DNA of 63,935 bases, filler included, from Folioceros fuciformis (lineage: Eukaryota), in NCBI GenBank assembly GCA_049999805.1. It is 11 parts of 11 records of this genome, joined end to end, with 100 filler letters (N's around TTAATTAATTAA, not from the genome) between each part and the next. Parts side by side here need not be neighbours in the genome. Positions count along the whole stretch, not along the records: positions 1 to 2,199 come from JBNGIO010001661.1; positions 2,300 to 13,056 come from JBNGIO010001662.1; 9 more parts are not named here. One strand, given 5' to 3'. Below, piece after piece: positions 1 through 10,624 of this stretch. How positions within the stretch are numbered: the stretch's first letter is position 1; each line of letters starts with the position of its first letter. Below the pieces are notes generated by a model. The model was not told the DNA's origin. It saw only the letters and a program-made list of their open reading frames with translations, and did not search any database. The position numbers and the translations under genes were made by a program.

Positions 1-54
1 CTGCTTCCTCCTTCGTTTCCAGGGTTGGTGCTTCAGCTATCCTGGGCCTTGCTG

Positions 55-210
55 GGCCACCGGTAGCCCCGTCGGCTACCCGACTATCGGTAGTCCCGTG
101 GACTATCGGGCTATTGGTAGTCCCATGACTACCGGACTACCGGTAGTCCCCTCGACTACCGTTCCCTTAGTTCGGCTACCGGTAGCCCCTTCTGCTACCG
201 GGGTCGCCGA
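55..210. repeat. Degenerate palindromic GGTAG/CTACC repeat tract
   Basis: Repeated ccggtagcccc / cggctacc / gactaccggtagtccc units, resembling the 39-bp arrays at 25431 and 59080. Confidence 0.65.
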
Positions 211-228
211 CTGACTCGGACGCCCAGC

Positions 229-2061
229 CTAACCCTTCCCCTTCACTCTCTCTCTGGCCTCATCCCGCTCGCGCTTGCATCTGTCAGTCAACTTCTGAGC
301 CTGCTCCACAGCGGCTATCTCCATCTCCTGTGCCTTGGCCGTTTCCTGTTGCATCTCCAGGTTAGTCTCGTAAGCCTCCCTCACCTGAGCTAGCAGGGCC
401 CGTTGTTGCTCTTTCAGCGCTTGCACTTCAGCCCTCGCCTCGCGCGCCTCTTCCTCGGCTTGAGCCTTCTCCCTATCCTGGACCCGCTGCTTCTCCTCCA
501 GCAGTTGCCGCGCCGTCTCTGACTCTGCCAGTTGCCTCCTTGCTTCAACCTCTCGCTCACGAGCCTTCTCCTCCTTTCCCCGAGCCTCGGCCTCTCACTT
601 CGCTTGTACACTTAACCAGGTCAGGGCCCTAGCAGCCTGATCCAGGTGGTCTGCTTGGGCCTGCACCATCGCAGCAGTCAGCCTGGGTAGGTCCACCTCC
701 TGCACTCCTCCGGTGCCCATTCCTCTCGCCGTGATTTGTCTGCCCAGGAATTCTCGCAACTTGTCCAGGTCCCCCACCCGCAACCTATCTCTCTGAGGCC
801 TACACCTGAAAATGTCCTTCCACCTTGAGAAACCCTCATGTGTTGAAACGTGCCCTAGGTTATCCTCCTGTCTGGAGGAAACTGTGTCCGCTGCCATCAC
901 CCGATCCTGTGGCTCCTCGGGTCTTGTCTCACCCTGACCTTGCTCCTCCAACCTTCAGTCCTTGATTCCCTGGACAACTGGTTCTCGTTTTGCCTCCTGC
1001 TGGCCCGTCTGCTCCAGGGCTGTCCCCCCTTCCTCCTGATCAGCCCCCATGCTCACACTTTGTCCTCTGGCCCTTTTCCTCTTGGCAGGAGTCTTCTTTT
1101 GGGGCGCCTTCCTGGGCTTGACTGGGGTTTCCTCCTGCGAGCTATTCCCACTGTCAGATTCCCAACTGCTGGAGGCAGACCTTGCTGGCTTAGCGGGCTT
1201 CCACTTCACATCGCGAACTAGCTTCCACAGGTGCAGCGAGGCCATGATTTCTAGCTCAGTGACCAGGTTAGCGTAACTGTACACATGGATTAGAAACAGG
1301 GAAATCATAGAAGGTTCAGGGGTGGGTCGGATCAGGTTCTGCCTCTCCTCATCCATCCGGACGTAAAAAATCCTCCCCCAGTCGATCCTGGTGCCCTTCA
1401 CTACTTCATGCACAAACAAGAGCATCTGGTCGGACAGATAATCCTGTTTGCGTACTTGGAAGAAGCTTAGGAACCACCTGGCCAATCCCAACAACTGGGG
1501 ACTTCCCATGTCGCGCACCAGCCACCCATTTGCTTCCTTTCTCGTACCTGCCTTGAGCAGCGTTTGCGCGGCTCCTATTCCGCCACGCTTCTTCAGGGAC
1601 TCCAGCACCAGTCCCCCTTCCTCCTGTTGGTCGTGCCCGTAGACCCTCCTGATCAACTCAAGGTTCCATTCCTGGGGTCTGCCTCTGATCCCCTCCTCGC
1701 GTACAGGCTCTTTCAGCCTCAGGGCGCACTCCCTGACCAGCTGGGGTGCTGCATGGTTCCACTTCTGGGTCATAAAGTTCAGACCCAGCTCTGCCACCAA
1801 CTTTCCTGCCCTGACCCTCCAATGCTCCATATTGTGCCACAGGAGTAGGTCGATTCGGGGGACAGGAGGTCCCCCCTCCTGTTTAGAGGCTGCTGCTCCA
1901 GGGATCAGTTCAGGCCGCGACCTCATCCTGCCTGTCCTCCTCCCCTCACGTTCGGGCTCGGAACTCTTCCGTCCTGGTCGCGCTCTGGCTCTTCCTCTGT
2001 TCGCCCAACTCTCTCCACTGCTCGCGCCTTGGAGGTCTCCCACTCCCTTGTGCCTGCTCAA
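229..2061 (-). mobile_element. Disrupted retrotransposon accessory ORF: plant transposon-protein-like domain followed by a coiled-coil region
   Basis: Intronless 368-aa ORF (955-2061; ...PQLVRECA...NGWLVRDM...IDWGRIF...) continuing after stops/frameshifts into coiled-coil ORFs at 229-951. The distal part is clearly homologous to 42530-43620. Family assignment is from recalled resemblance only. Confidence 0.6.
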
Positions 2062-2199
2062 CCCTCATGCCCTACGCCATCTGCCCCATCGTCCTGGCGC
2101 TTTCTCCTCCTTCAGCCGCTTCACGCTTCAAGTTACTCCCGCTCCCCGTGCTTTCGGATGCTGGACAGAGCTCCCCTTTCTCTAGGGTTTTTATGCCCT

Positions 2200-2299
2200 N
2201 NNNNNNNNNNNNNNNNNNNNNNNNNNNNNNNNNNNNNNNNNNNTTAATTAATTAANNNNNNNNNNNNNNNNNNNNNNNNNNNNNNNNNNNNNNNNNNNN
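2200..2299. other. Artificial contig spacer (N44-TTAATTAATTAA-N44). The same spacer occurs at 13057-13156, 19534-19633, 24418-24517, 40535-40634, 43965-44064, 46625-46724, 54553-54652, 57255-57354 and 60119-60218
   Basis: Identical 100-nt structure ten times; TTAATTAATTAA places stop codons in all six frames. Confidence 0.98.
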
Positions 2300-2386
2300 G
2301 ACCTCTCTTTCTCCTCTCTTCCTTGCTTCCTCCTCTCCTCCTTCACCATGTTGCTCCTCTAGCGATCCTTCAACTGGTATCAGAGC
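2300..2386 (+). mobile_element. LTR 3' end plus primer-binding site (tRNA-iMet type)
   Basis: ...gcgatccttCA ac TGGTATCAGAGC (PBS at 2375-2386); the same LTR end recurs near 2781-2816. Confidence 0.85.
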
Positions 2387-2395
2387 TCGGATTGT

Positions 2396-2645
2396 GAAGC
2401 AAGGAGGAGAGGAGAAAGAGAGGTCACACTCTCACACTGTCTCAATTGCAAGGGAGCTCAAGGGAGTATTTATATCCTCTAGAAGAGTTCCCAAGGAAGC
2501 TTCACAAGAAGCGCATAGGAAGGTGCGCAAGAAGCTTCCTACAGATTAGCTTAAGCTAATCTAAACAAATAATACTTAACTAGGCACTAATCTTAGACTA
2601 AACACATTGGGCTTTAATAACCCTACAACCTCCCACTTAAAGGCC
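2396..2645 (-). mobile_element. Truncated 3' LTR with polypurine tract, opposite orientation
   Basis: The minus strand reads taagtgggaggt followed by TGTAGGG (LTR start at 2627); strong similarity to 43651-43964. Confidence 0.75.
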
Positions 2646-2816
2646 AATTTACCTTCATAGGAGAGTGGTCTACCTCATGCCCATGAGTGTCCGAGCTTGT
2701 GCGAATTGCTCCGTAGAGAGCCCCTTGCTAAGAATATGTGCATGGTTCTGAATGGTGTGAACTTTGACAAGCTGTACCCTCTCCTTCACCATGTTGCTCT
2801 TCTAGCGATCCTTCAC

Positions 2817-3351
2817 TCATTACTTGGGCTTATGTTACAAGCGAGGAGGTTCACACCCTACCTTACATGGTTTTGCTGATGCTAACTGGGCATCTGATGG
2901 TGATTCACGTAAGAGCCTTTCAACCTATGCATTCCTTCTATCCTCCGCTGTTGTTAGTTGGAGCTGTAAAAAATAAACAAGTATAGCTCTGTCAAGCACA
3001 AAGGCGGAATATAAATGCTTAACTGATGTTGCCAAAGAGGTGGAGTGGGAGAGAGCTTTTCTGGCTTCAGTCCATGCCTCTGAGTAACCAGAACCTACCA
3101 TCCATTTTTGCGACAATCAGTATGCTCTTGCCCTTGTTGAGCGCCCCCGCTTCCACACCCGTACCAAGCACATTGAGATTCAGCACTATTATGTTAGAGA
3201 CGTAAAATCCAAAGGTATCGTTCTGCCCACTTACATACACACTAATTCTAATGTCGTTGACATTCTCACAAAATCCTTGCCCAAGCACAAGCATCAGACA
3301 CGTATAGATGGCCTAGGTCTTGTGGATTTCTCATCACACTTTACTACATAA
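2817..3351 (+). pseudogene. Ty1/copia RNase H domain remnant
   Basis: Translates GFADANWASDGDSRKSLS...SWSCKK*TSIALSSTKAEY...CDNQ...RTKHIEIQHYYVRD...DILTKSL, with two in-frame TAA codons. Confidence 0.9.
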
Positions 3352-3590
3352 CTTAAGCTTACATGATTGGCAGACCTAGAGTATCTCAAATAGTTCTAGT
3401 TTCTACTCTGTGGTCTTCCCTCATGTTTCCTTCTACCTGCACATCACATTCAGGCAAATGAGTGTTTCAGTTAGTTTTCTTAGCTTGGTCTGTTTCCCCA
3501 TGCAAACTCTGTCCCCTTTTAGTGGGAGCTAGCATAGGTCAGACAACCTATCAATTTCCATGTATTCAGAGGATGAAGCCAAACACCAAT

Positions 3591-4118
3591 CTAATCCTGG
3601 AACATGGAAACACTTGAGCCACGGACAGTGGTACCTCTAGAGTCACGCGCTTCCTCCTTCCTTTGGCATGTACAATCCTTGAGTAGACAGTTCCTTAGCA
3701 AGTCCTTGTATTCGTCCACTATCAGCTCTCTGTTGTCCTCCCTCATCTCTACTCCTGCCCTAGCCTGTTCCTTGAGCTCGGCTGTGCGAGCCTGGGCTTC
3801 CTCCAACAGTTTGTCCAACCTCCTACACTCAGCATTTGCCCTAGCCAGATTCAACAACGCGTGCATGAGCGCCGTGGTTGGCCACATTTTCTGTGAAGCT
3901 ATGGGATTGCTTGAGCCTTGGGATCCTTCTTCCTGGCTTCGACTTCTGTTCTTCTTTGGCCGCTTCTGGTTTGATAGTCCATAGCTCACAGATTTGACCA
4001 TGCTGAGGATGAGCCTTATGATTGATGGCGCTGTGAGGAAGGTAATGACTGCAATTTCCAGTAACAAGAGAGATAGGGCGAACCACACAACAAGATTATC
4101 ACTCATGTCTCCATTCAT
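3591..4118 (-). CDS. Antisense ORF in the copia 3' region: N-terminal hydrophobic helix, basic patch and coiled coil (~175 aa)
   Basis: ATG at 4118; LVVWFALSLLLLEIAVITFLTAPSII, then KRPKKNRSR, then a heptad-like RRLDKLLEEAQARTAELKEQ; TATTTAAA about 55-60 nt upstream on the minus strand. Confidence 0.5.
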   Translation of the reverse strand: MNGDMSDNLVVWFALSLLLLEIAVITFLTAPSIIRLILSMVKSVSYGLSNQKRPKKNRSRSQEEGSQGSSNPIASQKMWPTTALMHALLNLARANAECRRLDKLLEEAQARTAELKEQARAGVEMREDNRELIVDEYKDLLRNCLLKDCTCQRKEEARDSRGTTVRGSSVSMFQD

Positions 4119-4200
4119 TGCGAGGAACAGGAATCTGAAGCGCCGTGGCAACCTATGGTTTACTGGATAAGATTTAAATAGGCTTTTACTTTAACCCGTT

Positions 4201-4370
4201 GAGGTTAAGTGGGAGTGTTGAATAGATAACCATCTCCGGTTAAATATGCCTAGTTAATTTAGGTTAAATACATTGTACTGTAAGTACTCTTTGCTCTTCA
4301 TGCTTATTCAGTTGATTATCCATTTTCTTCTTTTTCACCTATCCGCAAGCACACATTACTATCAAGCTAC
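4201..4370 (+). mobile_element. Copia polypurine tract and start of the 3' LTR (end uncertain)
   Basis: gaggttaagtgggag followed by TGTTG at 4216, downstream of RNase H on the same strand. Confidence 0.65.
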
Positions 4371-5164
4371 CAATGCTCTACGGATCGGATAAGCTCTTGT
4401 ACAAGTGGTGGTGCCGGTTGTGTAGGTGCATAGCGCTTGGTGGGATCTGAAGCGTGGTGTGGTGGCCAAGGTTAGGGAGTTTACTCTCAGCCCTTGATTA
4501 TAAAGGGTGCAATCTTCTTTTGACCTATGCGCTTTTATTTCTTGTTGGACAAGAACTCGGTGCCGGCCATGTTGATTGGTGTCTGGAAAAATCGGGAGGT
4601 GGAAGCATCCAAGGGGAAGTTGGCTTTCCCTTCATCTTTCTTGGAGTTACACTAGCAAGGAGGCTCTTGCCCGCTGGGGGGAGTCAATAGGATCAGTAGA
4701 GGTAGAAGTGTGGTGAGGAAAAGCACCAAGGGGTGTTGGATAGGAAGCCTGTCCTATGCTCAACAGGAGTTGGAGGGGAGCCCTTGAATCTGTCACAAGA
4801 GTGTGTGAGCCGTACAAGTGGTTAGAAAGTCTGTATAGGTGGTAGAGCATAGTTGTTGGAAGGTGCTCTCTAGATCTGGTAGACTGTCCTAGATTGTTGA
4901 TGTGAGAATTGACCATGGGAAGCATTTGACGCAGTGTCAACCCTAAACCCATGGCATGCTCAATAATACTACCCTTATATCATTATTGTGCCCATCGCTC
5001 CACACTACTCTACATCATGGCTCCACATAGTAGTCGAATCTATTCCCATTGCTCCATGCTGCTCTACGTCCATCGCTCCACTCACACATAGTAATCGAAT
5101 GTATACCCATAGGTCCATACTGCTCTACGCCGATGGCTCCACTTGTACATAACATTGGAGTATG

Positions 5165-5620
5165 GGAGGATCTCGGATGACTTTCCCTCCTTCGAGGATA
5201 AAAATGGGTGAAGGAGGATCTCATGGCAAAAGATTGTTTGCGAAAACATCGAAGATATGGTACTTGGTTCCAGTGGTGGTTGAGAGTTCAGAGGTTATCT
5301 CTAGTAACTTTCCCTCCTTCGGAAATAGCAATGGGTGGAGGAGGATCTCGTGTCAAAAGATTGTTTGGAAAAACATGGAAGATATGGTACTTGGTTCCGT
5401 GGTGGTTGAGAGTTCAGAGGTAAAGCCCTCTAGGCTCGGGAACTAGGGTTGGTACCCAAAATTGGGCGCTGTAGTGAGCTACCAAAACTTGGGTGCCGTT
5501 GCAAGTTACCGCAATTTTTGTGCTGAATTGCCAACAATTATTGGGTTCTGTAGTGCCAACAAATATTGGGTGCTGTAGTGAGCTACCGAAATTGGGTGCG
5601 TTAGTGCCTACCAAAGACTG
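5165..5620. repeat. Local direct repeats: ~70-bp duplication at about 5228-5296 and 5356-5421, plus tgggtgctgtagtgagctacc-like units
   Basis: aaaagattgttt...gaagatatggtacttggttcc...gtggtggttgagagttcagaggt is present twice. Confidence 0.7.
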
Positions 5621-5922
5621 CCTACTGCCGTGTTACCACAGATTTGCTGCTGTAGGGCTATATGGTTCAGGTACTTGTGTATCTCTCTGTAGGTCGTCAA
5701 CCGTAAGGGGCCAAGGTAGACAGGTAGCCAACCGCAGGCCACGGTATCACGAGCAGCGCGTAGCTTTTGTTAATTTGCGTTGGAGGCAAGTTCTGTTAGA
5801 GGAGGACCGACAGGCGGGGACGGTACGAGAGTATTGTTTGTTGAATTACGCGTTAGGAAGTTAATAGCGGGGTTTCAGCTCCAGGGTGGGAACGGATTTG
5901 GAAGGTGGCTTGGTAGATTAAC

Positions 5923-8900
5923 ATGAAGCAGGAGAACTATGAAGACAACGTCCCACGTTGCAATGCTGGGGCACCTTCTGCTTCCGTCTTGTCGCAGGGT
6001 CTCTCGGTGGAACAGGGTTCTAAAGGGTCCGAAAAAGGCGGACGAGGTTCCAAGTCTTCTGAGCAAGAGGAGCGTGTGGATGCCAACCATACGCTAGGAC
6101 CATTCCACCGCTCTTCAGGTCCCCCGATAGTGCCTGGTCCCCCATATCAGGTGTCTGAAGAGTTGCCGACGTGCTCATCTAGTGACAACAAGGAGAGATT
6201 GACATTCACTAAGATGGATGGAGACAAAAGAGGGAGGAGGCGCTCTTCTCGCAAGTCTAGAGGGATTGTGGAGGCCATTGTCGAATCTTCTGGGACAAGT
6301 TGTTCTGGTTTGTCTTCTACCTTGCTTGAGATAAGTTGTGCTGCTTGGTGTCTGAAGATTGTGATCCCATAGCCAAATGAACAAATGCACTGAATGTGGA
6401 GCTCTACTGAGTGATGAACAGCAGCAGAATGATGATGTGAGAGCACTAAGCATAATGATTAAAGCGTGTTTCTTGTACTAAATCAAGAGACCAAAATACA
6501 TCATATTGGCAGGTGAAGCAAGTGAAGCAACCCTCCAAAAACCATGTCTCAATAAGTTTCCTAGTTCGCCTTCAGTTTTCAGCCCATATCCTGATTCAAC
6601 TAACGTTTCCGGTATGGGCATCGAACGGTATGCGTCTCTTGCCTGTTCACCCTCAGGAATGAGGGAATGCCATGATGCAACCCATCGGACACCTGGCCCT
6701 GATGTGAGGCTTGAGGCTTTACCCCGATGGTGCTCCCCGGTAAGTAGCAGTTCACCCAAGCGCGCAGAATCTATTTGCAGGCTGCAATATGTTCCTGTGA
6801 GAAAATTGAACTGCAAAGCCAAGGGAATGCCTGTGCTTAGAGTGTCAAAGCCAAAAGATTGTGGAAAGTTGCTGACCAGTTCAAGTAAGCCTTGCAGCTG
6901 GAAAGGTGATTGGATCTCCAATTTCATCACTACAGGTGCTTTGAGTGTCGAGTCATCGCTCGAGTCACTTTCAAGTCCTCACCTGCAAGGAATCTTATGT
7001 GTGAAAGCATTCTTAGGTTCTTCTACAGGAATCGCTCCAGATAATGACAAGTATACGAAAGGATCAAATGGAGTTTGTTCAGAAGTTGAGAGTGTTGGAG
7101 ACCATTCAGAGTTGAGCTCAACCGTGGTAGAGAACAGTTATGGGACTGCGTTCTGGCCAGCCTATGGTCATAGCAATGCCAAAGAAACATTCTTTACTAG
7201 CCACTGGTCAAGTGAACAAGTCAGGGCATCTATTTTGGTGAGTAGGAAGGACAGTACAAGCCACCCGCGAATAGAAATCCTATGAAATGTTTGGTGATGC
7301 CATTAGGATTTTTAATATTTTGCTACTTGCAGGCTGGACAAGTGTATAAGGCAAATTTCCGAGTAAATGCTTACAATCGGACAGAAGTATGTGCTGAATC
7401 TCTGGACTTTTTATTACAGAAAATCAAGGCATGTGTTTTGTCCTTTTGAGTCAGGGCTTGACTGTTTTATGTCTTGTTTGGTCAGGCTTATGTGACAGTT
7501 CCAGGTGTGCCTGTCGATATACGAATCGATGGAGTCACAGCCCAGAATCGGGCGGTGAGTATGATGAGACTGCTATTGTGAGAGGGCTTTCAAGCATTTT
7601 TTTTGTACCTTGTGCTTATGCAGGGGTGATTTTGTAGATTGAGGGCGATATCGTGGCAGTGGAGGTGGATCCACCGGCTTATTGGGCCAAACTGAAGGTT
7701 CCTATTGCAAAGCAGTTGCCAGTTGAGCTTGGTATGCAGGAAGAGCGCTCTGAGTTTGAGTCTAGTAGATCAGATCAGTCTGAAGTCTCAGTTTCCAGCT
7801 TGGAAAAAACTGGGAAACAGATTCCTGGGGATCGAGCTGTAAATATTGAGCTTGATCAGGACAACAAGTGTCTGCTGGTGCAGATGGAGCAGGTGGCACG
7901 TGAGCGCAGACCTGAACAAGGAGAGAGCTCACAACCGGAGGTGCAAAAGGCTTTAATTAGTAATTGCTCGCCCGCAGGGACCCAGCGGCTTGCTGAACAG
8001 GTTATTTTGTCAGCTGGAAAGAGGCCAACTGGAAAAGTTGTAGCAATTCTGGAAAAATCACCTCGCCGAGAGGCCATTGTAGGCTCATTGGACATTCATC
8101 AGTCACAGCGTTCTGCAAGCAGGAGTGGTCTCAAGAGCTTCTGTAAAGTGGAAGAGCAGCAAGCTCAGAAAAATTGCCACCCACATGATATTCCTAACTC
8201 CATACTGTTAACACCTGCGGATACTCGTCTGCCCAAAATGGTGGTCTACGTGAACACCTTGCCGGCTGAAGTCCTCAGAAGGGTGCAAGCTGGAGATCCA
8301 ACCCTGCGGCATGAGCTATTTGCTGCCAGGATAGAAAGCTGGAAGCCAGAGTGTCCCATGCCTCGGGCTGCTGTGCGGCAGAGCTTGGGGAATGAAGGAG
8401 ATATTGAGACTCACACTGCTGCCATTTTATTTGAACATGCAATTCATGGTAAGGATTTCCCGTCACATGCCATGGCCTGCCTGCCCAGTCTACCTTACGA
8501 AATACCTTATGATGAGATACAACGGAGGAGGGATTTGAGAGGAACTCGGGTATTTTCGATTGACCCACCAACTGCAAAGGATCTTGATGATGCTTTATCA
8601 ATTGAGCAGCTGGCTGATGGCAATGTCCGGGTAGGTGTCCACATAGCTGACGTGTCTTATTTTGTGAGGCCTAATAGTGCCTTGGACAAGGAGGCTCAAA
8701 GGCGTTCAACAAGTGTTTACCTCGTCCACCAGGTCTTGCCAATGCTGCCAAAACGCCTTTGTGAGGAGTTGTGCTCATTAGATTCTGGTGTAGATCGGCT
8801 AGCTTTTTCTGTTATGTGGCAGGTGGGTCCAACAGGCGTTATTTTGGATCAGTGGATAGGCCGGACTGTAATACGGTCATGTGCTAAGCTTACATATGCC

Positions 8901-10624
8901 CATGCTCAAGCGATGATAGATGGAAATTTCAATGTAGATGATGCACGGGTGGAAAACCTGCCAATACTTCATGGAAGTTTTACTTGGCAAGAAGTTGTAT
9001 CGGATGTATTGGGATTGAATAAGGTGGCAAAGTATAGAAGACACAGTCGGTTTGTGGCAGGTGCCCTTAGGTTGGACAATTCAAAACTTGTCTTTTCATT
9101 GGATGCCAAAGGCATTCCTTGCGATAGTATGGTTTATGAGCAAACAGACTCCAACTTTCTGGTAGAGGAGATGATGCTTATGGCCAATATGGCTGTTGCC
9201 AGAGTTATCTCGAATGCTTTCCCAGATTGTGCACTATTGAGACGTCATCCTGAACCAAATCCACGCAAGTTGCAGGAGTTTGAAGAAGTTTGTCTGAGAC
9301 ATGGATTTAAGCTTGATAGCTCTTCTGCTGGTGCACTGCACAGCTCTTTGGAGAGAATTCGGTTGGCAGTGAAGGATGATCCTGTATTATTCAATGTTCT
9401 CATGCTGTACGCAACCAAGCCCATGCAGCTGGCGAAGTACTTCTCAACAGGAGAGTTTAAGGACAATGAAGATGAATGGGCACATTATGCCTTGGCAACC
9501 CCATATTATACTCATTTTACTTCCCCGATCAGAAGGTATCCTGATCTTGTAGTACATCGCACATTAGCCGCGGTTCTTGATGCAGAAGCGATGCTTTCCC
9601 AAGCTGCCCCTCTAACAAATGATGTTACGAATGGCTCTGAAGTGGCTAGTCTCCCAGGGTTAAGTCCTCTTGGATTGGGATCGTTCAGTGGTGGCGGGCT
9701 TCAGAAGGAAGCTGCTTCCTCATTAGTAGCTCGTATTGCTCTGGATGAAGCTGCTAGCAAGCATAAAATTCCTGGGTCATCAGAGCTTGCAGTAGTTGCT
9801 GCCCATTGCAACGAGAGGAAGCTGGCTGGTCGGAATGTAGCTGAGGCTTGTGCTAAGGTGTATCTGTGGGCAATGTTAAAAAACAAGCAGGTGGGCTATC
9901 TTCTTGGCCACATTTTCGAACCCCGGTTGCGATATGGACAAGACTGTTGACATGGTTATCCGAAATTTCCTTGTGATGTGGCAGGGAACGGATCTTGTAT
10001 CTGAAGCGCGAGTTGTTGCGTTAGGTCCCAAGTTCATGTCTGTGTATGTGAATAAGATTGCTGTAAGGCCCTCAGTTCATCATGCTCAAGGCTATTATAG
10101 TTGCTGGAATGTAAGTGCATTTTGTTGTTCTTCAGCATGTCTCTTATCGGGCTTTCGTGTTGATGCTGCAGATGGAAAGGCGTATCTATTATGAAGAGAT
10201 TGATGGCATGAGTGTCGAATGGTTTGAGGGGACAGGCACGGTTGTGCTTGACATCTGCTCCCAAAGGCGTGTTCAGAAGAAGCAGAATCCATGTAAAAAT
10301 AGGGTGTCGAGATCTGTGGCAGATGTGGCCACACTGGTAAATCCCACTCGTGCTGCGTTAAGGCCAGAAGATTTGCAGGATGTTGTGAGGGAAGTGGAGG
10401 ATATCCTTGCAGGGCGGTTACCTTTGCGTGGCCAAGAGAATGGGTATTTGACTGACAACGAAAGGGAGGACAAGAGTGTCTGGATTGAACCTGCCGTTCT
10501 CCCTTTAACATTGAAGCTGTTCTCCACAGTGCCTGTTTCTCTGCATCCAACCGGCGGTAATAATAAGCCTGTAGACGTTAGCGCCAGGCTGTATGTGTCT
10601 TCGTACCAGACGTCGATCGGATGA
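5923..10624 (+). CDS. DIS3L2: DIS3-like exonuclease 2 (SOV-type RNase II/R family), multi-exon; start uncertain
   Basis: RNB motifs IDPPTAKDLDDAL, VGVHIADVSYFV, LVEEMMLMAN and HYALATPYYTHFTSPIRRYPDLVVHRTL; upstream FRVNAYNRTEAY-type exons; C-terminal S1-like exons (ERRIYYEEIDG). Confidence 0.93.

Noticed and set aside
2244..2255. Recurrent TTAATTAATTAA motif as a biological site
   Set aside because: It is always centred in N-runs of fixed length, so it is an assembly spacer
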